DNA from: a virus
Taxonomy: Duplodnaviria; Caudoviricetes
DNA length: 64,000 nucleotides
Direction: 5' to 3' (one strand)
IMG/VR virus record: IMGVR_UViG_3300033068_000713
Location: 1-64,000 of that record
Both the position numbers and the translations under genes were made by a program. The notes under the pieces were generated by a model that saw only the letters and a list, made by a program, of their open reading frames with translations, made no database searches and was not told where the DNA came from. Positions 46,842 to 55,262 of this stretch are shown here, piece after piece; within the stretch, counting starts at the first letter, position 1, and each line of letters begins with the position of its first letter.

Positions 46842-47515
46842 GCTGCTTTCTTTTTTCGGGCTTTGGAGTGTCGTGGCAAGGTGAGCGACTCCTCTTCAGT
46901 GAATCCGTTAAAAAGCCTATTCGCCAAAATGCCTTTAGGCAGACCAAGTTTTTCCTCCCACTCAATCAAACAGAGCGTCTCTCCGTTAAAGGTTATTTTC
47001 CGGTTCCATCTGGAGTTTCTGGCCTGCTCCTTTGGCAACGCCCATCGGCAGTTTCCCGGCTCGTAGTTGCCGTTTGTATCCTTCCGGTCGATAGAATATT
47101 GAGGGGATGGCCTAGGTCCAACGTCTTCGTAAAATTTCAAAAAGTCATCCCAAATAGGGGACACTTTAATTCCTCTTCCACCGTACATCTGGTAGCAGTT
47201 CGAGTTCGGATTATTACATCGAACTCTCATCCCCTTCCATACCTTATACTCAGGAGAGTTTCTCATGCCATGTTTTTGAGCGCCCTTGCGAGTCTCTCTA
47301 TATAGGCATCCGCAACTCTTGGTGTTACCGGATACAAGATTGCTTATTTCAACTATAGTACCCTCTCCGCAATCGCATCGACACTCATACTTTGTGGTGC
47401 CAGCAAGTTTCTCGCCGATTGGGGCAATTACCAGAAGCCTTTCAAATTTCTGGCCGGAGAAATCAACTTTATAGTTGAATCGGGATTTGCGCCGTGAGAT
47501 AGATTTATCAGCCAT
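46838..47515 (-). mobile_element. Free-standing HNH homing endonuclease gene
   Basis: CRCDCG..SGNTKSCGC..YGGRGIKV..SIDRKDTNGNYEPGNCRWA..QARN; interrupts glyco operon and has its own upstream TTGACA. Confidence 0.85.
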
Positions 47516-47620
47516 AAGCGAATCAAGGTTTCGTGATTGGTCAGTCCCCCTTGGCAGTTGATAGCTGCCTCGTGGGACGCCTAATCTTCGCAGGCTTTAG
47601 AAAAACTGTCAACGCGGAAA

Positions 47621-48436
47621 TCAAAGCGGCTTCCCCACAAGGTCATTTGGTCCGTGGATTCCGCAAGACATCGCGTAAGCATGAACCTCTTCAAACGTCA
47701 TGCGGTTCAGCTTTTCCAGCGTGTTCTTGTGGTAGTGAATCCAACTCCACACCAAGCAGTCCTCAAAATTCTCCGTCTTTGGGTATTCAACTGATCCGTG
47801 CGACATCAGGCCAAACAGAAATTCAAGGCATGGCACATGATGATTTCCCCACCTAGCGATCCTGTAATCATCGTTTAGGCAGAGATCGACTTCATCCCAG
47901 TCCAAGGCGTCTCGACGGCAGATGGCGAACCTAGTGCTGCAATGCGTCATCTTGTGTTCGTAAGGCCAGAGCTTTGAGGGTTGGCAGATGAACTTCACCA
48001 ATCCTGAATCCAGCTTGTCGAAGTACCTCTTTTTCAGGTCAAAGGATTCACTGCGAAAACAGCTTACGTCCTGATCGACGTGGCATATGTGCGTCCCGGT
48101 TGCCTTATGGTAGCCAAAAAGCTCGATCTTATCATTCCAGCGAGGCATCGTCCTGTTGAACTCCGTCGCAAATATTCGGACCTCAACCCCATACTTGTCT
48201 CCGAGATATTTCCAGAAATACAAACCGATGGCAGGAATCGGCTCGTGAATATCACAAACGATAATGAGTTCGGTGGGAATACCCTTAAAGAAGATCAGCT
48301 TGTTTTCAATGTTGTGGGTGAGCATGTCGATGCCCCTCACTCCCTGTAGGCTTCCTTGACCGAAACGTCCAACTAGAGAGTCCTCGTCGAACATCCCAGG
48401 TCTGGTGTCGACGTTGCAGATTAGGGACAGCTTCAT
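47621..48436 (-). CDS. Putative GT-A glycosyltransferase
   Basis: ICHVDQD (DxD), ELIIVCD; ATGA-coupled to TerS. Confidence 0.6.
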   Translation of the reverse strand: MKLSLICNVDTRPGMFDEDSLVGRFGQGSLQGVRGIDMLTHNIENKLIFFKGIPTELIIVCDIHEPIPAIGLYFWKYLGDKYGVEVRIFATEFNRTMPRWNDKIELFGYHKATGTHICHVDQDVSCFRSESFDLKKRYFDKLDSGLVKFICQPSKLWPYEHKMTHCSTRFAICRRDALDWDEVDLCLNDDYRIARWGNHHVPCLEFLFGLMSHGSVEYPKTENFEDCLVWSWIHYHKNTLEKLNRMTFEEVHAYAMSCGIHGPNDLVGKPL

Positions 48437-48942
48437 TCCCCCTCCTCCAGATTGCGTGTCCGAGGGCCTACGTCTCGAACTGGACGTGTCACTTGCCAAT
48501 CAGCAAGCACGATGCTCGTTTCATTTTGCTTCAAATATCCTTTGGACTTCCCGAGCACATTCAAAAGCCCAACTACGGAAGGCTTCACGGCTAAAGCCTC
48601 CCCATCTTTGCTGTATTTAATCTCGGCACCCTCTGTATCCAAGTCGATCTCGGACGGCTTTTTCTTGGCCAACTCCCACACGAATTTGTCAAACTCATCT
48701 TTGGTAACGACACTATCTGCTGCCGCCCTCTGCGCTGCAATCTCGGCCTGTCTCTCATATTGTGCAATCCGTTCCTTGATTTGCGGCTTATCCAAAAGCA
48801 CTCTTGACCGTGATTTGGCCTGCTTTTCAGATGCTTCTCCAAAGACCTCGATGTAGCTTTTCTCCGGGGACTCCCCAGTACGTATCGCCATGACTCGCCT
48901 CTGAACAAACAGCTCCCAGCGGGAATTTAGAAGTGCACCCAT
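48433..48942 (-). CDS. terS: Terminase small subunit
   Basis: LLNSRWELF..SPEKSY..SRVLLDKPQIKERIAQY..VVTKDE; AGGAG upstream. Confidence 0.7.
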   Translation of the reverse strand: MGALLNSRWELFVQRRVMAIRTGESPEKSYIEVFGEASEKQAKSRSRVLLDKPQIKERIAQYERQAEIAAQRAAADSVVTKDEFDKFVWELAKKKPSEIDLDTEGAEIKYSKDGEALAVKPSVVGLLNVLGKSKGYLKQNETSIVLADWQVTRPVRDVGPRTRNLEEGE

Positions 48943-48981
48943 CCCCAACTCCTAGCCCCTCCTCTACAAAAAGTAAAGGAT

Positions 48982-49020
48982 TTTAGTTGCCAAAGTGTGA
49001 ACCTTATTTAGTGTTGAGGA
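48982..49020 (+). promoter_or_regulatory. Motif copy plus leaderless promoter TTGCCA-N16-TAGTGT-N6-ATG
   Basis: TTTAGTTGC-CAAAG-TGTGAAC; transcript would start ATGGAAACGAAA. Confidence 0.75.
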
Positions 49021-49101
49021 ATGGAAACGAAAATGGAGAGGACGAAAGAGCCAGGGACTTGTGGACAAACGCCGTTGAATCCGAAGTTCGTCGAAGGCTA
49101 G
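49021..49101 (+). CDS. 26-aa leaderless peptide METKMERTK..
   Basis: ATG at predicted +1; same first 12 nt as genes at 19471 and 20336. Confidence 0.4.
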   Translation: METKMERTKEPGTCGQTPLNPKFVEG

Positions 49102-49118
49102 ATCACTACTTGGGGGCA

Positions 49119-49340
49119 ATGTGGATGGTTCTGCGCGTTGATCGCCGTTGTGTTCCAAGGGGCGCAAATCTTGCCGAATGCTACGAAACGAAGGATGAAT
49201 TCATAATCATGGGACATCCTAAATCAGACGACGAAAGTCATGACTGTGACGCAATGGGATGCGGAACCCTGAGTCACGTACTTCATCGCATTCCGAAAAC
49301 CGCCACCGCCACCGCAATCGCTAAAGCAAAAAGAGAATAG
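49119..49340 (+). CDS. Hypothetical protein
   Basis: HDCDAMGC motif; start uncertain. Confidence 0.5.
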   Translation: MWMVLRVDRRCVPRGANLAECYETKDEFIIMGHPKSDDESHDCDAMGCGTLSHVLHRIPKTATATAIAKAKRE

Positions 49341-49343
49341 ACG

Positions 49344-49559
49344 ATGAAGAAAACATTCTGTGATTATTGCGACTGTGAAATTACCGAGAATAACAGCCTT
49401 CGAGATTTCGAGTCATCCCACATACCCCATCCGCAGTCTCTTCCAAAAATTGGTATCGCAGTGATACAATCGGAAGGGTGCGACTACTGCTCTGATTGCG
49501 TTTGCGACGCGACTCAAACAATCATCAACCGGAAGCGCACAAAGCCTCAATCAAAGTAG
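49344..49559 (+). CDS. Zn-finger-like protein
   Basis: CDYC..CSDC. Confidence 0.65.
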   Translation: MKKTFCDYCDCEITENNSLRDFESSHIPHPQSLPKIGIAVIQSEGCDYCSDCVCDATQTIINRKRTKPQSK

Positions 49560-49561
49560 CC

Positions 49562-50491
49562 ATGCCACATTGTACATCGCTTAATAAGAAGGCCCGTTAC
49601 GCCCAATGGTTGGACGTATACGCCGAACGACTGCTGCCGGGGGGTTACACGGCATTAATGATCGCCCACACTCCAGAGGGGTTTGAATTCGACGCCGAAG
49701 AAGCCGCTAAACTGAAAGACAAGCCGCTCGTGGTGTTTGATATGCGGGAGTATGGTTGGGAAAAAAGTCACGCAAACATGGACCTTCTCGGTATCAAGCG
49801 CGAAGATCAGGTTGAGTACTCGGGCGATGAGTGGCTAAAACTTCACTCTTGGGCTCAAGAAAATCCGGCTCGCCTCTACTTTAAAAGAGAGCTTAGCGTT
49901 TCCCTGAAAAAATACTCTTGGAGCAGCAAATGCATTGGCGTGAACCTCCATCCCGTGGATTTGATTTCCCGCAACCGCCCCTTATTTGAGCCTCAGACAA
50001 AAGACGAATGGATGAAGCACAAACCGGGAGTGCATTTCGTCTATGGAAATTCTCACCCTGACCGCATGTTGCTACACGGCGAGTTGATAGGTCGAAACTT
50101 TCCGGCTTACTGCGAGAACGTCCACCACACCAACAGGCGCCCTTTGATGCAGATTATCCTAGAGCAGATGGAGTACATGCTGTCCGTCTCTCTGTCGGGT
50201 GCTGGCTTCAAATGTTTCAGGTCCAGCGAATCCTGCGTTGGATGTATCCCTGTTATGGCCGATCTTCCGGTGGTCTACTCGGTTCCCTTCACCAAAGAGA
50301 ATGTCGTTCTTTTGCCTACGGAAAACGGACGCATCAAGATACCCGAGTGCGTTGATGTGATCGAGCAAGCCTTAAGCGATCCCGAGGCGCTGTATCCCGT
50401 CTATTTGGCTGCTCAGGAGAGTGCCCGCTTATTGGAACAAGACACCTATATGCGCGAAATCATTAACCCAAAAATAAAGGAAGTGTTATGA
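49562..50491 (+). CDS. Putative GT-B glycosyltransferase (exostosin/CgeB-like C-terminus)
   Basis: YFKREL; VSLSGAGFKCFRSSE..IPV. Confidence 0.55.
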   Translation: MPHCTSLNKKARYAQWLDVYAERLLPGGYTALMIAHTPEGFEFDAEEAAKLKDKPLVVFDMREYGWEKSHANMDLLGIKREDQVEYSGDEWLKLHSWAQENPARLYFKRELSVSLKKYSWSSKCIGVNLHPVDLISRNRPLFEPQTKDEWMKHKPGVHFVYGNSHPDRMLLHGELIGRNFPAYCENVHHTNRRPLMQIILEQMEYMLSVSLSGAGFKCFRSSESCVGCIPVMADLPVVYSVPFTKENVVLLPTENGRIKIPECVDVIEQALSDPEALYPVYLAAQESARLLEQDTYMREIINPKIKEVL

Positions 50492-50889
50492 GTGAAGTAT
50501 CACAACAACTTTACGATTTAATTTTTGCTTCTCTAAGCAACGCGTACTCATCCGGTCAAGATGGTGACGCAACCTACGACCCCAAGGACGCGATGGCTAA
50601 GATCGTGGAGGGGATTGAGGGGGAGGTTAGTAAGTTGAAGGACAGTAACGTCCGCCTTCAAGACTGCCTGACCGCCGCAAATATGGGCGATGTCCCGGCT
50701 GGATGGGATGCGGCTATTGAGCGATTCGAGAAAGCCGAGGAACTTTATGGAATCGTCACAACGGACATCATCACCAGCTTTAGCCTGAAGTGCCTACCAA
50801 TGCAAGCAACCAGGTTTGCAGCTGATCAAAACCCTGCTTGGAAATGGGACGATAAATACAACACTCGCCTTGTCTGCACCGGATCATGA
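50488..50889 (+). CDS. Hypothetical protein
   Basis: ATGA-coupled. Confidence 0.6.
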   Translation: MSEVSQQLYDLIFASLSNAYSSGQDGDATYDPKDAMAKIVEGIEGEVSKLKDSNVRLQDCLTAANMGDVPAGWDAAIERFEKAEELYGIVTTDIITSFSLKCLPMQATRFAADQNPAWKWDDKYNTRLVCTGS

Positions 50890-52052
50890 GCCTCCAATTC
50901 CTCCACGACTCTTTTCCGAACAAGCCCGTTGCGCCTCAGATTATCTACGATCTGCCGTTCTCCGAGTATGCCCGCCTTCCCGGAATCAACGCTTCGATCC
51001 TGAAAGAGCCAACGCCGTTCGAGTCCTTGTGCAAACTGCAAGCCTCCGTTTCCCTCCCTCCTGAAGCTCAGCGGCTCCTCGAATACAAGGATGCCCGAGT
51101 CTCGGACTACATGGAATGGGTGGACGAACTGACCGGGAGTGATGTGCCGAGAACCTTTGTGAAGCTTGTCCGCTATCCTGAAGGCAAGGAGAAGGCTACA
51201 GATGCACAGAAACGGCTTCTGGAGAGCTTCAAGACCGAAGGGCAGGTGATTGACGCCCGAGAGTTCAATGTCGCCGCATTGGGCAAATGCACGGACTTTG
51301 GATGGGTGACGACCTTTGAGAAAGAAGTCCGAGAATCTAGAGCCTCTCCCGAAGTCACCGCGAACCGAGCTTACAATCTCACGGTTGGGGACATCGTACA
51401 CAAAGCGATCCTGGAACCACACTTGTTCGATCAGGACGAATGGCAGAAGCATTTCCAGAAATCTCCTACAAAGTCCTTGGTTTCGGAAAGAGCGATGGCA
51501 GCTCTGGCCGAAGCTCCGCATTTGCGGTTGGTGACAGCCGAGATCATCGACACGGCAAGACGCTGTAGAGACGCGGTGTGGCGTCACAAGTATGCGGCCC
51601 TTATCTTGTCAGCTCCGGGGAAAAGCGAAGTCACTGTGACGGCTTACGATGCCGAGGCGATGTGCTTGCGGAAATGCCGGATCGACCGTTTGCCCGATAA
51701 TCCTGAGTTGGGCATTATCGACATTAAGACGCATCACTCTTCGCCTACGGAGGGTTCGTGCAAGAAAGCGATTCTCGCGATGCAGTACCACCTTCAGATG
51801 GGGTATTACGCAGATACATTGGCAATGGCAGAAGGCAAGACGCGGACTCCTTCGGTGTTGATCTTCGTCTCTAAGACTGCGCCTCACATTGCCCGGTGCA
51901 TTGACATTAACAAGGTTGAACCGGAGTTGTCCTTGTTTGAAGATGGTCGTAAGATTGCCACAAATCGGCTGATGAAATTTGCCTTGTGCTATGCTGAAGG
52001 ACAGCGGTTTGAGGCGTATGAGAATGAGGCTACGGTGCCGTTAGCGAAGTAA
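50886..52052 (+). CDS. PD-(D/E)XK exonuclease (RecE/ExoVIII, DUF3799-like)
   Basis: GDIVHKAILEP, SEVTV, KCRIDRL, IIDIKT, YHLQMGYY. Confidence 0.85.
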   Translation: MSLQFLHDSFPNKPVAPQIIYDLPFSEYARLPGINASILKEPTPFESLCKLQASVSLPPEAQRLLEYKDARVSDYMEWVDELTGSDVPRTFVKLVRYPEGKEKATDAQKRLLESFKTEGQVIDAREFNVAALGKCTDFGWVTTFEKEVRESRASPEVTANRAYNLTVGDIVHKAILEPHLFDQDEWQKHFQKSPTKSLVSERAMAALAEAPHLRLVTAEIIDTARRCRDAVWRHKYAALILSAPGKSEVTVTAYDAEAMCLRKCRIDRLPDNPELGIIDIKTHHSSPTEGSCKKAILAMQYHLQMGYYADTLAMAEGKTRTPSVLIFVSKTAPHIARCIDINKVEPELSLFEDGRKIATNRLMKFALCYAEGQRFEAYENEATVPLAK

Positions 52053-52720
52053 ATTTATGACAAACGAAGAAAAACTCAAATCGACCAAAATTCTAGTAAA
52101 CTTCATTCGCGAGGAGGGGTTTTATCCATTGCTTTTGCCAGAGGCAACAATAGCCGACAACGCCGAATGTAACCCAGGAACGCTTCGGGTTGAAGATGCC
52201 GTCACGGGAGAAATACTTTGGGAGAAGCCATGAGCCCAACCGACCAAATCATCGCCCTAGAATCCGATCTGAACAAACTGATCGACCGTTACCGCATGGA
52301 GTTTGAAATGCCCTATGCGGCGGTGATTGGAGTGTTGCAGTTGAAGGTTGTTCTGCTGTGTAATGAAGCCGCTAAGGGCGACGATGCTGATTAGCCCTAG
52401 CCTTGGCCAGATAACAAGGTCTGCATCTTTTTTCGCTTAATGGATGGCGAGGCTTTCCGCAGTCACAGCACTTTGGGAGCTTTCTTTGACGCTCTTTCTC
52501 AAAGTGATCCTCAACAATAGCTATTGCTTCGGCTAAGGTTATAGTTAACCCATCACATCCCCATCCTTATCCCTGATCTGGATGGAGTCTTCCGGGGGAT
52601 GCTGGGCCAGACATGAGGCGAGCATAAGCGCGTCACTCCATTGTTGCTCTTTCTCACACAGGAACCATTGGCCTGCTTCTAGCATCCAGACGGTGTAGAG
52701 GTCGATGGTGCCTGGGAGAG

Positions 52721-52978
52721 TCATACAAACGGCTTAAATTCAGCAGCGGTTTTATTTGCCTTAGTGTTGTTGCACATAAAGCAGCAGGGAACCAAATTTG
52801 ACATAGCGTTTGATCCCCCTCTTGATTTTGGCGTGAGGTGATCCACGGTCATTTCTGATTTGTTGAGCGGAACTTTACAATAATGGCAAAGCACAAACTC
52901 TAAATCAACGGATTGCAGCGCCACCTTGTTGCGGTTCCAGACTTTCTTTCTGGTTACTCCCCATTTGCCTTTACTCAT
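52721..52978 (-). CDS. HNH endonuclease
   Basis: CHYC..TVDHLTPKSRGGSN..NLVPCCFMCNNTK. Confidence 0.9.
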   Translation of the reverse strand: MSKGKWGVTRKKVWNRNKVALQSVDLEFVLCHYCKVPLNKSEMTVDHLTPKSRGGSNAMSNLVPCCFMCNNTKANKTAAEFKPFV

Positions 52979-53192
52979 TTTCCATCGCCTCCTCAAATTC
53001 AGTGCAGGTTTCAGCGGCTCCGGCTAGGAGTCGAGTTGAATTTAGGCTATCATACCGTTGCCACTCTCCTTGATTCACTCGCCACCAATGGGTGAAAGAG
53101 TTGGTATGCATTCCGTCCCGGCGCTTTCCGGGTGGGCAGCAGCATCCGCTGGATTCGATTTCGATTGTACCGTCTGGTTTCTCGTATTTCAT
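52971..53192 (-). CDS. Hypothetical protein
   Basis: GGAGG upstream, ATGA-coupled. Confidence 0.5.
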   Translation of the reverse strand: MKYEKPDGTIEIESSGCCCPPGKRRDGMHTNSFTHWWRVNQGEWQRYDSLNSTRLLAGAAETCTEFEEAMENE

Positions 53193-53533
53193 TTCGCCTC
53201 CTTTTCTCTTGGGAGCATCATCATTTGCTCCTCCCAAGCGTAGGCCATCGAAGAAAGAGGAGTGTCGAGAGCCTTGCAAATCTTGAGCAAATTTTCCAGC
53301 GTAGGGTTGGCTTTGATGTTTGATTCTATCCGACTTAAAAGACCAACTGAAACTCCCGACTTGTCTGCCAGCTCGTGCAGCGTCCAACCTTTTCTTTCCC
53401 GATCTGATTGAATGACGCCGCCAATCCAACCTGGAATCGGCTCTCGTTTGCATCGTGCCATTTTCTTGAGGCGTTCCACTTCCGCTTTGGCCTCTTCCAA
53501 TTTTCCTTTAATGGTAGTGCTCTTGAATAACAT
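53189..53533 (-). CDS. XRE-family HTH regulator with N-terminal coiled coil
   Basis: RERKGWTLHELADKSGVSVGLLSRIES..NPTLENLLKICKAL. Confidence 0.88.
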   Translation of the reverse strand: MLFKSTTIKGKLEEAKAEVERLKKMARCKREPIPGWIGGVIQSDRERKGWTLHELADKSGVSVGLLSRIESNIKANPTLENLLKICKALDTPLSSMAYAWEEQMMMLPREKEAK

Positions 53534-53547
53534 GAAATGATCTATAT

Positions 53548-53877
53548 CTAAAACGGTTTACCCCGCAAGCGTATTTTTCGTTTCCGTCTTCGTTCTTTCT
53601 TAATCCTATCGTGCTCTTTGCGGTGGCATTTCTCGCATAGAACCTGGAGATCGGAAAGGGTGACATTGAAAATGCTGCGGTATTTGAGGTGATGGCATTG
53701 TAGCTTTTTAGAGGTTCCGCAATCAGCGCATTTTCTGCCGACCGATTCCAGCTTTTGAGCGCGAAGGGTTTTCCAGTGTAGCGAGAACAGGTACACCTCC
53801 CGATACCAGCGACGCTTGCTTTTGCCGTAGGCTTTGATTTCGGCTTGGAGGCGGTTCTTGGCTTCTGGAGAGGTCAT
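53548..53877 (-). CDS. HNH-type nuclease
   Basis: HWKTLR..CADCG..LQCHHLKY..LQVLCEKCH. Confidence 0.8.
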   Translation of the reverse strand: MTSPEAKNRLQAEIKAYGKSKRRWYREVYLFSLHWKTLRAQKLESVGRKCADCGTSKKLQCHHLKYRSIFNVTLSDLQVLCEKCHRKEHDRIKKERRRKRKIRLRGKPF

Positions 53878-53895
53878 GCTTTATACTGACAAAGG

Positions 53896-54165
53896 CTATG
53901 CTAGGTACAAAGATGATGGATTCCAGAAATCCACATGTTTTCCGGGAGGCTCATCATAAATGCCCACCATCCATCCGTGAGGGAATTTCTCTAATCTTGC
54001 GACTTCGTAGGAAAATTCAGACTCGGGATTGATCTTAACCTTGTCGCCGGGTCGAAATCCGATTCTTCGGTACCGAAGCTCTAGGGCGACCTCTCTAATT
54101 TCCTGGGGTTCCATTTCTAGCTCTTTCGCTAGGATTTCTAGTTTTGTGGGCTGTTCTGCGTTCAT
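53896..54165 (-). CDS. Hypothetical protein
   Basis: FRPGDKV; 89 aa. Confidence 0.65.
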   Translation of the reverse strand: MNAEQPTKLEILAKELEMEPQEIREVALELRYRRIGFRPGDKVKINPESEFSYEVARLEKFPHGWMVGIYDEPPGKHVDFWNPSSLYLA

Positions 54166-54184
54166 AATCTAAGGTTCAATTCAA

Positions 54185-54655
54185 GAAGGCTTGAGGGAGA
54201 TGAGCGGACATAGGAGTCCCATTTCTGGGACACTCATGTAAAGTCACAATTAATTCCGTCAGGAATCGGTCGCTTCGCTACATCCAACTTTCGTTGGCCC
54301 TGTCCCGCGACGGAAGCTCATGCTGGCGCAGTTTGGAATAACAGGTCGAGTCCAGTGCCTCAAGGACACTAGAGCAATATTAAGGCCTCTGTTCTCCTTG
54401 GTCGGAGGCCCCCGTTTGCAAGAGACCTGTATTGAGCGGGCAGGTTGTCATCCTGCTACTGACTAGGCAATCGCGTGCGGAATTGCACCGCCATTCAGGC
54501 TTTCCCCGTTTTTTCGACGATCCGCTCAATACAAATCTCTCACTACTGATCTTCCCACTTCTCGACCGGGAATATGGCCTGCCGTTGTCCTGTCACAGAG
54601 TTTCGGTCAGTAACCTCGTCCAGATCAACACATCTGGCCTATGTCAGATGGTAAA
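54185..54655 (-). ncRNA. ORF-free hairpin-rich region, putative large ncRNA
   Basis: CCAAC-GAAA-GTTGG, GTCCCA-GAAA-TGGGAC, TTCCGTC/GACGGAA, GGCCTC/GAGGCC, CATCTG/CAGATG. Confidence 0.5.
54421..54540 (-). ncRNA. tRNA-mimic RNA E (UGAG family) on a 19-bp stem
   Basis: AGAGATTTGTATTGAGCGG/CCGCTCAATACAGGTCTCT; GCAGG-ATGACAA-CCTGC; internal GCGG-TGCAATT-CCGC. Confidence 0.68.
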
Positions 54656-54657
54656 AT

Positions 54658-54858
54658 CTACTCTGTCACCTCTGTCGCCTTCATCTCATCTCGGATTTCC
54701 GTTTTTGGAATCCACCGTTTGAGGTAGTCGGCCATGGCTTTATCCGCCCATTCTGTCGCCTTCTCCGGGGTTTTGCACCCGCAAGCTGTAGCAACGGCGC
54801 ACCATGCCTTCATCCAGACTTCTTGAGGATGGGGAGGGTAACGTCTTGGAGCTGCCAT
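54658..54858 (-). CDS. Hypothetical protein
   Basis: WMKAWCAVA..WADKAMADY. Confidence 0.65.
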   Translation of the reverse strand: MAAPRRYPPHPQEVWMKAWCAVATACGCKTPEKATEWADKAMADYLKRWIPKTEIRDEMKATEVTE

Positions 54859-54868
54859 ACAGAAAAAC

Positions 54869-54903
54869 AAAAAGCCCCAGCGGAGTAGTGGCTCCATTGG
54901 GGC
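54869..54903 (-). terminator. Intrinsic terminator with competing antiterminator
   Basis: GCCCCA..GGAG/CTCC..TGGGGC-TTTTT; upstream GTAGTGGC (54942-54935) complements GCCACTAC (54892-54885). Confidence 0.65.
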
Positions 54904-55108
54904 AGTTGCTATTAGCTGTCGTGCAGTTGACTATGCCACTACACAGACAACCAATATTCATTTGTTTTCCCATATCCTCACCTCTCCCGCAACTACTTTT
55001 TTCACCAAACCGAAAAAGATTTGACGCGCCTTGGGATCGAATGCATATGTCCAGCATAATGAATTTCGCTCCTCGACCGTTCCCGGCTAGCCCACAAAGC
55101 TAGACTAT

Positions 55109-55183
55109 CGGGTATTGGTGTGAGTAGTAGCATGAGGGACTTGGAATCCCGCGGCCTCGGTGCAAATCCGGGATACCCGACCA
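55109..55183 (+). tRNA. trnP: tRNA-Pro(UGG)
   Basis: CGGGTAT/ATACCCG acceptor, A73, CCA, anticodon loop CTTGGAA, T-loop TGCAAAT. Confidence 0.92.
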
Positions 55184-55262
55184 AATTTTAGTCCTGACGA
55201 ATGCCGGAGCAGACTACATTGGTTTATACGTCTTCTCTATTTCTTGTCGTCAGGGCTTACTT

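Noticed and set aside
54433-54445. lac operator-like TGAGCGG
   Set aside because: Explained by RNA stem pairing; the rest of lacO is absent
54432-54722. Plus-strand ORF over the ncRNA island
   Set aside because: TTG start, antisense to flanking genes, not protein-like
55184-55262. HDV-like theta ribozyme after tRNA-Pro
   Set aside because: Only a simple long stem; no P1.1/P2 nested pseudoknot found
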